A DNA stretch of 64,000 nt from Mantamonas sphyraenae STR306 (Eukaryota; Protista; CRuMs): assembly GCA_026936335.1 (NCBI GenBank), contig JAPMXV010000023.1, positions 1 to 64,000 of the forward strand, in the 5' to 3' direction. Positions 48,797 to 61,873 of this stretch are shown one piece after another; positions within the stretch are counted from its first letter, which is position 1, and each line of letters starts with the position of its first letter. A model generated the notes under the pieces. The model did not search any database. It was not told where the DNA came from and saw only the letters and a program-made list of their open reading frames with translations. Both the position numbers and the translations under genes were made by a program.

Positions 48797-50402
48797 TCAC
48801 GAGGTGGCACGGTTGCTATAGATGAAGAGCAGCACAGTGGCGCCAATAGACACGATCTGCGAAAGAAGCCGTGTGGTGACGGTGAGAGCACCAAACAACT
48901 TGACGCCAATGCTGCGTGCCTTGATCATGTCCACCAGCTGACCCACACTGGCTTCAGTTGGCAACACGCCAATCTCCCACACCTCCTTGCGCAATGTCAT
49001 GGCCTCCATCTTGCGGAATTCCACCACCGATTGGCTCATCAGGTCTGCGGCACTGCTTTCCACGTCATCGCTCGCAGACGCCTTGTCGTCGTGGGATGGG
49101 CCGTCACGCTTAGACTCTGCATCATCCTCTACGAACCGCAAACGCACGCGTGCTTGTTCATGCTCACGCTTGCGTGCGGCCTGCGAGTGTGAATTGATGT
49201 AGGATGCCATCACGTAGCTACGCAGGTCGCTGTCACGGATGCCCACGTAGGCGATGTTGGCCATTTCCTCAGAAAGGACCATGGAGTCTGAATGCAGCCG
49301 ACCCATGGGTCCGAGTTCAAACAGCATTAGCAACAGGGAATTGCAGACCCACCACACGGCCGATGCCACCACCGTCTGGTCAGGCACGGGGGCAGCCACG
49401 AGTTGGAAGGAGATGAGCGAGACCAGCATGAAGCCATACACGGCACGGAGACCAAACAGCCACGAAAAGTACGATGTGAACCATTTGATCTCACCTGCAA
49501 TGCCGGCATGCACACGTGACAACCACCACACTCGCTCCTGGGTCAGGGAAGACCACGTGGACACCGCAGTGTGCACCTCAGCGAACCGATGCAACAGCTC
49601 GCCCACAAACAGCATGGGCACCACCAACGGCACATACCACACAAAGGTGTCATGCAGCGAGAGCAACAGATCCACCACGGCCAGCACCAGACCAACAGCA
49701 TCCCGTGCAAAGGGCCAAAAGTAACACTGTGGTGGTGGCCATGGATGGCGATGATCCCATGTACCACACCACCAACAAATACGTGAGCGTGGACATGTTG
49801 AGCAGCACCGCCACAATGAGAACGAGCCGGAAAACGGAAGCCGTCTTGACGGCACGCGCCCTGCGGTCTCCCTGGTGTTCCTGCACCAGCAACGACATGT
49901 CGTGCAGGTGGCTTGTGTTCCACTCTGTACGTGTGGTCAGATGCGAAAGCATGAGCAGAATCCAGTTGCTCGGAAGCACGTGCCACATCGTCACCTGCAC
50001 GCTGTACTGCATCAGCTTCCACAGGGCACCTGCAAGCAGAAGAAACGCGTCTGAAGAGTTGTTCTCCAGCAGAAAGGGTTTGATCAGCGCAATGGCCATG
50101 CGCACAGATTGAAGCAGCAGCAGTAAATAGCCCGTTGCCACCTGCGCATCTCCCAGCTTGTTTGTGCGCCTCTGCAGGAACAACGATGTCATCATGTCCG
50201 ACACCCACCTCACTCCCACGGGCAACGCGCTGCGCATGGCCTCGTGGCTGTCTCCCATCATCACGTCCACCCCGGCTGCGTCTTCTTCCACCTGCAACGC
50301 CGCCAACCTTCCTGCCATCAGCGTGTTCTTTGAGCTTGCGCTCGGTCCCCTGCGAGGCGACACTCTCGATCCCCCCCTGTCCCTGCCTGCACCTTGTGAC
50401 AT
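48797..50402 (-). CDS. Seven-TM protein, gustatory-receptor-like (7TMIC/GRL) candidate; frame break at ~49742
   Basis: Seven hydrophobic segments across the two joined ORFs, and a C-terminal IGVKLFGALTVTTRLLSQIVSIGATVLLFI resembling the GR/OR TM7a-TM7b motif. Confidence 0.55.
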
Positions 50403-50610
50403 TGCTTCTAGTCTGTGGTGCTGTGTGTGTGTCTCTCTCTCGCCTGGCCGGAAGTTTGGCGCCTCGGCTTTCCTTTTCCAGAAACGGCGCAACGCTCCTC
50501 CCGTCCACATCCACGCCACAGCCCCACATCAACACGATTCCTCCCACCCACACACGACGCAAGGGAAACCCGCTGCTGTTTGTTTTCATTTGCGTTTGCG
50601 CATCCAGTCT

Positions 50611-51392
50611 TCATTCCTGGGGCTCACCAAAGGCGTAACACTTGCTGACGTAGATTCCCGAGCCACCATGGTTCTCTGTCACCACATACTTCACATACAG
50701 GGCACTCACGGGCTCATCAAGATCGTACAGGTGGTCTCCAGCACGGTACTGGATGTCGCTGTCCACCAGCTGCGTCCATTCCTTCGCGTCTTCCGACACG
50801 TGGATTTCCAGGTCTGTGTGTCCGATGTGCCATGGTGGGATGGTGGGTGGGTCAGTGGGTGGGGTGGGTGCGGTTTGTGTACGCCCATGTCAGCACGCGA
50901 GGGTTAGGGTGCATGGCGTCGCACCGGGACGTGTTGATCCGCGCCCAAAACAACTCACGCGACGGGTTCTGGTTCGATTCGCCGTGCAGGTAGATGCCCA
51001 CTTTGTACAGAGTGCTCAGGCCCACCAGTTCAAACACCACATGCTGCGGCACTGTACATCCTCCGCGTGCGTCAGTCGCTGTTGCGTTCACTCCCACTTG
51101 GCCGATCGCGCGGAAATGCGCACGACCCAAACGGCCTCCCGCCCACGTTCACACTTACGCGGCTCGGCAACGTGTGTGAACCACACAAGCGACATGTCCC
51201 TGTTGAGCAGGTTCAGACAACGAGACTCGTGCACACTGCATTCCATTGTACGATGTCCTCGTTCGGTGTCAGCCTCTGTTCACCTGCCACCTCCCTCCAT
51301 CCCTCTCTCTCTGTATGTGTTCTTCCCACTCACTATTGCGACGAAAACTCGTAAATGTCTGCTCCATTGTCAGCCACACACAGGTTCTTCAT
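50611..51392 (-). CDS. Small galactose-binding/F5/8-type C (discoidin) domain protein, IFT25/APC10-like; 4 exons
   Basis: Spliced product MKNLCVADNGADIYEFSSQY...LVWFTH...LPQHVVFEL...EIHVSEDAKEWTQL...YVKYVVTENHGG...YAFG. The exact orthology is unresolved. Confidence 0.6.
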
Positions 51393-51418
51393 TTCTGTTC
51401 AAAACAATCGTCTGGTCG

Positions 51419-51629
51419 CTACGGCGCAAAGTCCAGGTCCTCCACATCGGCAAAGTCATCGTCATCATCATCATCGTCGTCGTCATCATCATCATCACCC
51501 ATCAGCCATCCAGTGCCTCCATCCTCTGTCTTGTCCTCCACCTTTGTCCTGCTGCTGCGGAGCGACTGTTCGTCCACATCCAGTGCATCCACGCCCCCTG
51601 CCCTACCACCACCACCACCTCCTCCTCCG

Positions 51630-51663
<34 letters not shown>

Positions 51664-53581
51664 GTGGAACATCCTCATCATCACTTCCCTCTTCATCCTC
51701 GTCACCGTCTTCGTCAGAGAATTCATCCTCCTCGTCAGCCAGCTGCTGCTTGTCCGAGTCCACCAGGAACCACTTGCCGTCGCTGGTCATTTGCAGGTCA
51801 CGCTGACACGCCACACCTCGCAATACGATGTCGTGTGAACGAGGCAGGGTGCCAGTCCTGAGGAATTGCTCCACCGCCAAAGAGCTGGGCATCCTGTGAA
51901 CATTGGACAGTCCTGCGCCCGGCACGTGCATGTGTGGCGCAAGATACACCAACAGCTCGCCCACTGTGCCTGCCACACGCTCTTCCTTGTTCAACTCCTC
52001 CACGCGTGCCCGTTTGCGATCGTGCACCTCGTACGGCTCCTCCAGCCTCGGTGGCTTGTTCGTCCACGCCACAAGCCTGTCACGTTCTCTCTTGAGCCGC
52101 TCCACCTCCTGTGCCACCTCTGCCCGCTTGTCCAGGGTTTCGTTCAGCTCCGTGGCCACCTCTAGCAGTTCTGCGTCATCCTTGACCCGTCGCAACCCAC
52201 GTGCACTCACACGCGCAGGCAGCGCTTCCTCCTCCAGTGTGCTGCTGCTCACTTTGGCCCCATCCACCGTCAGTTTCTTACGTCGTTCCTCCTGTTCCCT
52301 CTGTTTGCGCATGACATCCGCTCCAGCCCCTCCTCCCCCACCACCTCCTCCCACTCCCTCATCCTGTCCTCCCACGCCTGACCCTTCTCCTGCACCTCCT
52401 CCTCCTCCTCCTCCCTTTGAATTGGCTCCTGTTCCGCTGCCCTTCTTCTTGCCTTCTGACTTGCGTCGCTCCTTCTTTGCCGCCGCTGCTGCCTCCTTGG
52501 CCTCCTCAGCTGCCTTTTCCTGTGCCTTCTGTTCATCCCTCTGCTTTCCCAGGTAGGCCATGCTCTCGTTCACCGACAGCACATTGAGTCGATTGCTGTT
52601 TCCGCTGCTGTTGGCCTCCCGTGCCGCCGCTGCCTTTGCCCGTGCCGCCATGCGTGCCTCCTCCCTGTTCATTGTGCTGCGTGGCACCCCCAATGTCAAG
52701 GACCCTGTGCTACTGTTGCTCAGTGAACGTCCACTGCTGCTCAGGGAGCTGCTGCGTGACCCCAGTGTGCTTGCAAACGGCTTGTGTCGCGGCGCCGTGG
52801 TTTTGCGCGACCCACGAACGTCATGCGATCGCATCACGTGCACTGCCACGTTTCGCTTGCCCAACAGTTCGTACACACGCGCCGTACGTTCCTCTTGGTT
52901 GTGTGTGCGCACCGTGAAGTGTCCTGCGCTCGAGCGCGCCTTGACCACACGCGCCACCTCTCGCTCCGCCGGCTGCTCTTTAAACTCGCTCAGAAACATC
53001 GCTGCGTTGCCTTTGCTCGCACGTGCCGACTGGAGGCCCGGCGCAAGGTACGCATGTTCCAGTGTGTTGAACCCCAGCTCACCACGTTCCTCCACTGGGC
53101 CGTATGTGCGCGCGTGAGTGACTTGGCTCCAAAAAGCGAAAAGTTTCGAGCAAAAAGCCGGAAACTCTGGCCGTACGGGCCCCTTTCTCCGTTGTCCTCA
53201 CTCACCTTTGTCACTCAGTCGATTCAAAGTCAACGTATACTCTGGCACCTCCTGTTCCAGCCGCTCTGTGTGCAGCTCCAACGAGTCTGGCACCTGCGAA
53301 AGCAGCCGCGAGACGACACGCACCCAGTCGTCGTCGTCAGTGGCCCCCTTGCTCAACAGCGTTTCCATCCCATCGTGCAACTGCGCTCGCATCATCTTGT
53401 TGGCCGTCACAAACGAAAACATGAACCCCATTTTGGCTTCGCTCTGCAACAGGTGGAAGCGCTCAGCCGCCGCGTCCAGCACCTCCGCGTTGAGCTGTCC
53501 GCTCAGATCCTGCGCCGCCCACGGCTTGGCTAGCCGTTCGGGCAACACAAACAACAATGCATGGCTCTTTTTCTGATCCAT
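51419..53581 (-). CDS. NELFA: Negative elongation factor A-like protein (one intron 53205..53095)
   Basis: N-terminus PW...L...VLD....F..L....K...DDDDWVRVVSRLL..VPD...LE parallels the NELF-A N-terminal domain. Exon 2 LEHAYL and GHFTVR parallel LECQYL and KHFQLK. Confidence 0.7.
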
Positions 53582-53714
53582 GGCACCCCAGGTGTTTGTG
53601 TGTGTTTGCGAGTTTGTGTCTCGGTGTTGTCTCGGTCTCTATGTGCTGCCTCCATCAGCGCACAGCACACGCACTCACACTCGCCCGCGCCTGCCCTCCC
53701 AACCCGAGCCGCCC

Positions 53715-54272
53715 ATGTCGAAACTGTACCTGACACGCAAGGAGCATGTGGAGGAGAGGGGAGGCATGGAATCGCGTGTGGCGCGTAAGAACAGCGACAT
53801 TGTGAGCGCACTGCCGGTGGACTACTGCCAGCTGACGTTCCAAAAGGCAAAGACGCCCGTGAGCACACACGACGGCTACGTGTTTGACTTTATCAACCTC
53901 ATGCAGTGGATCCAGGCACACAAGACGCATCCCATCACCAACGCCAAGTTGACCCACAAGGGCTTTTTCCGGCTGAACTTTGATCGGGACGCGGAAGGCA
54001 GGCCGCGCTGCCCGACGTCGGGCAAGGTGTTTACACAACACAGCCACGTGGTGGCCATCCGCACCACAGGCAATGTGTTTTCCATGCAGGTGATCCAGGA
54101 GCTGAATCTGAAGTCCAAGAACATGCTGGAGCTGCTGGACAACTCCAAGTTTGCACGCAGTGACATCATCACCCTGCAGGACCCACAGAACCCACGCACC
54201 GTCAACATGGACACGTTCAAAGCCAACCGAGCCAAGTTGAGGAAGGGTGCCAGTGGCACAGACACCGCACAA

Positions 54273-54318
<46 letters not shown>

Positions 54319-55334
54319 CGGGAAGCGTCGGAGGGTCCAAGGTTGTGTTTTCCGACAATGCCAGTGCCATGTCGTTTACAAGCACGGCACGCAGTGTGGT
54401 GACACAGCAGACAGAGGCTGTGGAGGAGAATGTGTCGAGTCTGGAGAAGCCGAAACGAGTGAAGGGGTCCGGGTACGGGACGCTGCACACGTCACTGGGC
54501 GACCTGAACTTTGAGGTGTATGCGGATCGGGTGCCATTGGCAAGTGAGAACTTTCTCACGCACTGTGCCAATGGTTACTACGACGGGGTGACGTTCCACC
54601 GGCTGATCCCCAACTTTATGATCCAGGGTGGCGATCCGACAGGCAAGGGCACGGGGGGACGCTCGATTTGGGACCAATCGTTCCGAGACGAGTTTGTGAA
54701 GGAGTTGCTGCACGATGCAAGGGGTGTGATGAGCATGGCCAACTCGGGGCCGGACAGCAACAACTCGCAATTCTTCATCACCTTCAAGTCGCAACGGCAC
54801 CTGGACTACAAACATACGGTGTTTGGACGCATTGTGGGTGGGCTCAAGGTGCTCGATGCCATGGAGGCAGTGCGCACAGGGGCAGGTGACAAGCCAAGGG
54901 ACGCCATTGTCATCGAACGTACCACCGTGTACAAAAACCCGTTTGAAGAGTACCAGGAGGACGCAGAGGCCAGGAAGCAACAGGAAGCGAGTGCCCAGGA
55001 GGCAGAGAGCAAACGAAAGGCACGTGAGGAGGCAGAGAGCAAGCAGATGGGCAAGTGGTTCAGCAACCCAGCCGCATCGGTACGAGGAGGAGGGTCATCG
55101 GCGTCGTCGTCGTCCTCCTCCGACAGTAGCACAGTGGGACGCTTTTTGAAACTGCCCAAGCCATCCAAGGGGACAGGCAGCAGTCACAAGCGGAAGGAAC
55201 CGGAGGGCACGGATGGTGGTGGTGAGGAGCAGGAAGAGGCCGTCATCGATTGGAGCTCCATGTCGAGTGCGCGCAAGATGGCAAAGAAGCAACGGATTGA
55301 GAGTGAGCAGTACGGCGACTTTGGCAACTTTTGA
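53715..55334 (+). CDS. PPIL2: U-box cyclophilin (PPIL2/Cyp60)
   Basis: N-terminal KLYLT, U-box-like CQLTFQ..TPV..GYVFD, VVAIRTTGNVFS, DIITLQDP. Cyclophilin FHRLIPNFMIQGGDPTGKGTGG and SMANSGPDSNNSQFFIT. Confidence 0.93.
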
Positions 55335-55454
55335 GATTGAATTGAGATTGGACAAGATTTGTGGAATGGAGCAATGTTTGCCATTGGGTTGGCAATGCGT
55401 CGGATGAACCAACTCGTGTTTTGGAGCGCAGCACACAGATTGAGCTGCCAAGCC

Positions 55455-57539
55455 ATGAGGCGACCACGACGACAACACCCGACACCCCATGAGGAAGGGG
55501 TTAGTGTGCGGGAGAAGCTGCGAAGGGGAACACAGCAGCGGGAGGAGGAGCAGGCAAGACGGCGTGCGGAGCGGCAGGCTGCGCGAGAACAGGAAGCGCG
55601 GAAACGCAAGGAAATGGCCGAGACGGAGCGCACAGACGACACATCGGACGGATTATGGAACGAGCCGGCTGCAGTGGCCCTCATGCACATGGTGACAAAG
55701 GAGAGTGGCACAGCGACGTCGTCGTCGTCGCCCACGGGCGCCGGGGAACCCCACCAGGTTGTGGAAAGGGCGCGGCCAGGAACACCCGAGTCGCCGCAGC
55801 GATCGCCCAAACGCCGACGTGTGGTCACAGACGTGATGAGCTCACCCCAGGTGTTTGGTAACCCTAGGATGGCCAGTGAGCTTGCCAGACAACCAGCCAT
55901 GGTGTTTGGCATGGCACGAGGCAACGCCCTCAACCACTTTCGCGAACGCGAACTTGGCGCGCGCGCAAACTGGTGCCAGCGCACAAACGCCTCCATCCGC
56001 TATGCCAACCTGCAACTGCACGTAAGTGAACCCCCAAGAGGCACAGGGATGATGCACTCCTTGCTCCGTGTGTGACTCTGTGCACGCCGGGAGCGGCGTG
56101 TAAAGGCGGGGCGACGGATTTTTTGGCGCGCAACACACACGGCTGACGTGTGGGGGGCCACCGGGCGACACACACACACACACACAGAAATTGATGGACA
56201 GCAACGCAGTGACGGGGCCCGGAGAGGTGATTGCATACATTGATCAGCGTTCGGGCATTGCAGAAATCACATCGCTGGGGTCATATGTCGTGGCGCTAAC
56301 GAAAACGGGGCTGTGCACGGTGTGGGACAGGAGTAGGTTGGCAGACCAAAAAGGTGGACACCCAGACGCACACACACACACTCACACTCACTCACGCACT
56401 CACTCACTCACTCTGTGTGTGCCTACAGAGAGCGATGATCGAGTGTGGTGTATCAACAACACGGCGGACGAGGTGATCCGCAGTGTGTTCCTGAACAAGC
56501 TGAGCGAAAGCGTGCTGACAGTGAGCGTGCATCGTAGCAACAACTTTAAGAGTTTGTGTGTGCGCAGTACCCCGTTGGAGTATCTGAAGCGGGGGGACGC
56601 CAAGCGGGGCTTTGCGGTGTTTGGCAACGAAAACCTGAGCTACCCGGGCTTTGTGGAGTTTGACGACACCAACGGCGTGGCCCTGACCTTCTGTTCCGTG
56701 CGTCGTGTGTACAAAGTGTGGGACATGCGTGATTACCGCATGTTGTTTGAGATGGAGGAGCGTGGCGTGGCGGAGATCAAGATCTGCCCGCACTTTCTGC
56801 TGGTCGTCCACCAGCGCTCGCAGGCTTCGCTGCCCCTCTCCATGATGGAGGTGCGCACGGGCAAGGTCACAAACACCACCCATGTGCTCCTCCACCGTAC
56901 CAAGCCTGTCGAGTTTGTGGAGCTGTTCAACGAACGCCTGCTGCTCAAGCAACCCGAGGAGGACCTGCGCATCATCGACGTGAGTTGGCGTGGGTGTAAG
57001 AAGGGGGAGGGGAGGGGGTTCATAGGAGGCACTCACACGTTACCCCGCGCATTGCACAGCTGGTAAAGGGTGGAGAGACGCGTGTGGCGGCGAGTGCGTT
57101 TGCCACGCCAAAGGCCTTTATCTTTTTGCACCACAGTCAAATGATGCTGTGCTTCCATGCCACACGCATGCAGCTGTGGGATCACCGTGGACGGCTGGTC
57201 AGCCAATTCGACCAGCAGTTCTTGTGGAACAGCAAACCGAACAGCAATTGCTTTGTCAACGAGCGGCAGGACGTGCTGTTTTCCTTCAACCGCGAACTGG
57301 GCTACCTGTACGTGTGCGACCTGCACAATGGCAAGGTGTTGCAGGAGGTCAAGCTGCACAGCCAGGAGGACATTGCGGCAGCGGAACAGCACGGCGATGA
57401 GGCCCTGCATCACACCCTGCGTGCACACAACCACGCCCTCACCACAACCACCGAGATCCACTACAATGAGGATCTGCATGAGATCTACACTGGCAGCGAG
57501 GATGGTCTCTTTGCAATCTGGACCCCCGGCGGGGTCTGA
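55455..57539 (+). CDS. Conserved uncharacterised WD40-like beta-propeller protein (multi-exon)
   Basis: DEVIRSVFLNK, LTVSV, PGFVEFDD.NG..LT, YKVWD, EIKICP, EFVELFNERLLLKQ, IHYNEDLHEIYTG..DG...IW. I recall this motif set from a plant/protist family of unknown function. Confidence 0.7.
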
Positions 57540-57765
57540 GCAGCGCGTGCGGCTCCACTCCAAACCATAAACACAATTTGCATGTAAGTTTTGGATGACA
57601 TCGATGTGTGTGGGTGGGTGGCCGGGTGGGTGGTTCGTTTCGGTGGACACACGGCGACTTTGGCCGAAGAATGAGAACGGAATCACCAAAAGCCCTCTCG
57701 CAGCGCTCCACCGACCGCTAACCTTTGTCATCGCCCCACGCGCATCTCTGCCCACATTTACAGAC

Positions 57766-58292
57766 ATGAGTGAGACGGACGCCAAACAGGAAATCGAGCA
57801 GGAGAAGGACGAGACGGTGAGTTTTGCATCATTCGGAATCTCGCACCGGAAACGACGGGCCGCCCCTGTGCCGAACTGACAGAAGGATGGGAGCCACCAC
57901 AGATGGAGGCAGTGCGTACAAGGTTTCTGCAGTACATCGACGGTTACAACAGGAAGGACATGGATGAGATCAAGGGCCAGCTGGACGAGAACCTGCAGGT
58001 GGTCTTCAACGGGCAGGTGGCAGCAGAGAACAGGGAAGCTGTGCTGCCAAGCTACGAAGCGGACTTTGCCATTGAGAAGGCAGCCCTGATCAACCGTGGG
58101 CCCAACCTGAGCAAGAACGGCGACCTGGTGGAGGTGGATGTCACCCTCCAGACGACCCAGGGCGACGACACGGTGACACTGGACGTCGTGTACAGCTACA
58201 ACACAGACACGATGAAGCAGGTGCGTCATTCCATCACCAATGTCAAGGTGCTCGGAGGGGAGGAGGGTGAGGGGAAGCAGGACGACGAATAA
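57766..58292 (+). CDS. Small NTF2/SnoaL-like protein (2 exons)
   Basis: FLQYIDGYNRKDMDEI...LDENL pattern followed by beta-strand-rich sequence. GTGAGT...CAG intron in frame. Confidence 0.55.
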
Positions 58293-58771
58293 ACAAGCAT
58301 TGAAACAACACACACACACACACACACACACATGCGCATCTGCTGCATGGCACTCCAACACCCATGCCAATGGTATTTTCAGGGAGTGGGGAGGTGTTTG
58401 CGAGGGTTTGGGTGAGGCAGGCAGCACCCACACGGGTGGCAAGGAATTCCTGCGTCATCCTGTGAGACAAAGCCGCGGTGCCGGGACGGCCCCTCCTCAC
58501 CCAAGCCAAAACTACAAGACAGTACGTTTCAACATGCACACACAGAAACACACACATGCGCAGTCACGCAATGGACCACCCCAGCACAGCACAGCGCACG
58601 ATCACCTTTGCTTTCCACACACACCGCGCCTGTGTGCATCGAGAAACGCTCCCAACGTTTCCCTGCCTGGCTGACACCGTCCACCACACGCATTGCATCT
58701 GCAATTTGTGCTATGCCCGTGCCTCCCTGTGCCCTTGTGTGGATCCCCCTTGTGCACGCAGACAATCCACC

Positions 58772-59935
58772 ATGAGCGACGAGGCAGCAATCATGATCAA
58801 GGTGGTAAGTTGCAAAGGGCTGGGAGACGGACCGGCGAGGTGCAGAGCCACCCCGCAGCAGCACACATGCCATACACACATGCACATGGAGACGCACGTG
58901 CAGCGCAGGCAATGTACAATGCATGTGTGGTGTTGTGATGGCGTGTGCACCTCTGCCTGTCCAGATACACAGCGCGTCGTTTGGATAAAGCCCGGAACTC
59001 GGCGTCGCTGACCCGAAGCTTTGGCTTTCTCGCGCGCACTTTGCGCACTCACACTCACACTCTGCCCCTCTCTCATTACAGGCCGTGTGCGGAGACGGAG
59101 GTGTGGGCAAGTCCGCCATCAGCTTCCGCTTCTTCCTGGACGAGTTTGTGGACGAGTATGACCCCACTGTCGGTATGTTTTTTTGGGGGCGACTTTGCGG
59201 GAGGGGAGCGGGCAATTTGGAGGAAGGCTGACGCACAAACGCACCCACCACCTGCAAAAACAAACATGGACACAACAGAGGACAACTACAGGAGACTGGT
59301 GGATGTGGACGGCACCCTGACCATGGTGGAGTGGCTGGACACAGCAGGCCAGGAGGAGTTCAAGGCTCTTCGCTCGGTGGTGAGTTTCTTTCCCCTCTTC
59401 TCTTCTTTTCGTCATCGTTTTTTGCACGTCTCTCTCCACCGGCACCATACACACACACACACACACACACACACGTACACACATGCCATGACACAGTGCT
59501 GTGCAACCCCCGTTGCCATGACTGAGCACACACACACACACACCACACACACGTTTGCTGACACTCTGTGGGCGCCTGTTGCAGTACATGCGCGAACGCG
59601 AAGGATTCATGCTGGTGTACTCCATCACCAACGAGGATAGCTTCAACAACATCGGCACCTTCCGTGACATGATCCTGCGCGAGAAGGAGGCTGAAAGCTG
59701 GCCCATGGTGCTTGTGGGCACCAAGTGCGATCTCGACGACGAGCGCGAGGTGACCACCGCCGAGGGCGAGAAGCTGGCCAGCTCCTGGGGCGTGCCTTTC
59801 TTTGAGACCTCTGCTCTCAACAACATCAGGGTGACCGACAGTGTCGAGGAGCTCATCCGTGTCACACGCTCCCACAAGGACCCGTCCCTCGGCGGCGGAG
59901 GAGGCAAGGGCAAGAAGAAGTGCATCATCCTCTAA
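58772..59935 (+). CDS. Ras-family small GTPase (4 exons)
   Basis: GDGGVGKS, YDPTVED, DTAGQEEF, GTKCDL, FETSA, polybasic KGKKK plus CAAX CIIL. Confidence 0.95.
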
Positions 59936-60155
59936 ACACGGCTTGTGCACACACACACACACACAAACCGTAACCCAGCACCACTCCCAACCACAACCAC
60001 CCATCTTTCTCATCTCTCTCTCTCTCTTTTCATCACCACACATCAGGCAACCCGCTGTGCAAACCAACAAAAAACCCCTCCCGTTCTCCCACACCTACCC
60101 CCCCCCTTCAGCAACACACACACACACACACACGCTTCCACTCCCGTCCCATCCA

Positions 60156-61715
60156 ATGGCATTGCGTCAAACAAGAACCGTCGCCCTGAGCGACGACTCG
60201 GAGGAGGAGGAGCCCAAGCTCAAGGGTGACCCAACAGCCCCGTCCTCCGCCACCAAACCTGCCTCGGGCCCACCCAGTGCTGCCGCGTCACCATCCAAAG
60301 ATGCCAAGGCCAGACAAGCTGCCAAGAAGAGGCACACAGACACTCCCAGAATCAGCCGCCAGCGACGACTTGCTCGCAAGGTGGTCGAATCCAACCTCTT
60401 TGGCGGCTCTATCCTCTTTGTCATCCTCCTCAACACCGCCCTCATTGCCCTCCAAACTGAAAAGGCTCTCGAACAGCGCTTGGGTATGCTTGCTCCCGTC
60501 TTCCGCCCTTCCCCCATCCCCGGTTTCCCACCCTCGCCTGGCCGTTTCCAATCACTCACCCCGCCACCACCGTTTCCTTCGCTTCCTTCCCTTCTTTTGC
60601 AGGATGGTACCTTGCCGCTGTGGACAACATCTTTCTTGGCATCTATGTCTTTGAGCTCCTCATCAAACTCTACGTCTACCGCCGTTCCTTCTTCAAGTCC
60701 AACTGGAACAACTTTGGTCCGTTTGTCGATCCCCGTTCACCCCCTCCTCCGCCGCTCCCACCCGCACTGGACTGACCCTTCGACCCTTTGATCCATTCCC
60801 TGCAGATGCCATCATTGTGCTCCTGAGCTTCATTGACTTTATTCGCTTCCTCATCTTCTCCTTCTCCTTCCTCAACCCGCGCATCTTTCGACTTCTGCGC
60901 GTCCTGCGCGCCGTCCGTGTCGTCCGCGCCTTCCGCGTCCTACGCACCATCTCCTTCCTCAAGAGTCTCCAGGTCATTGTCAACACCATTCTCAAGTCCA
61001 TCCCAGCCATGGGTTCCATTATCTTTGTCCTGTTTCTCGTCATGTGTACGTTTAAAAGGAGAATTGTCCCCGTTGCCCCCACACACACACACACATTCAT
61101 CATCACTCACCAACCCCACCAACCCCCTTCCCCCTTTTTCATGCCACAACAGACATCTTTGCCATCATCGGACGTACGCTGTACAGCGAAGTGTACCCCG
61201 AACGGTTCGGCAGTCTGGGCACGGCTGTGTTTTCGCTGTTCCAGCTCATCACCCTAGACAACTGGTTCACCTTTATGGACGAGGTGGGCAGCGAGGAGCC
61301 GGGCATCCTTGTCTACCTCATTATCTTTATCATTCTGGAAACCTTTGTGTTCATCAACCTCTTCATTGCCGTCATTGTCAACAATCTGCAGCTCAGCAAG
61401 ACCCACGAGAAGAAGCGAAGTCGCCTCGACCGCCTGTTTGCCTTTCGACGCAACGCCACAGAGGAGGAGGAGGAGGCACGGGAGGAGGCTCGTGAAGAGG
61501 AGGAGGAGACTCTCAAGCAGCGTGCACAACGCATTGTGGACAACGAAATCGAAGCCTACTACCCCGGCGCAGACGTCTCCTTCCGCCAGAAGCAGCTCAT
61601 GAGCTACTACTTTATGTGTCTCGCCTCCCTCGAGAATGCCATGGACATGAACAGTGCCCAGGGCAAGATTCTCGACGACCTTGTCGATCTCATCCCGCAG
61701 CAAACACTCGGCTGA
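60156..61715 (+). CDS. CATSPER1: CatSper1-like single-domain voltage-gated Ca2+ channel (4 exons)
   Basis: S4 RIFRLLRVLRAVRVVRAFRVLR, pore LFQLITLDNW (TxDxW), S6 FINLFIAVIVNN. C-terminal QKQLMSYYFMCLASLE...QGKILDDLVD resembles the CatSper1 coiled tail. Confidence 0.8.
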
Positions 61716-61873
61716 TCATCAGCGTCCGTGCAAAAATGAATGCTGCACACTTTTCTCCATGCCTTCCCATCCACTTGTCTCCCATGCCATCAGGTCCATT
61801 CATGACACCAGCAGTTGAGTTGTGCGGTGCGTGTTGCCCTTTCGCAGCCAATCATCTCTCGCCTGCAGTCCCC

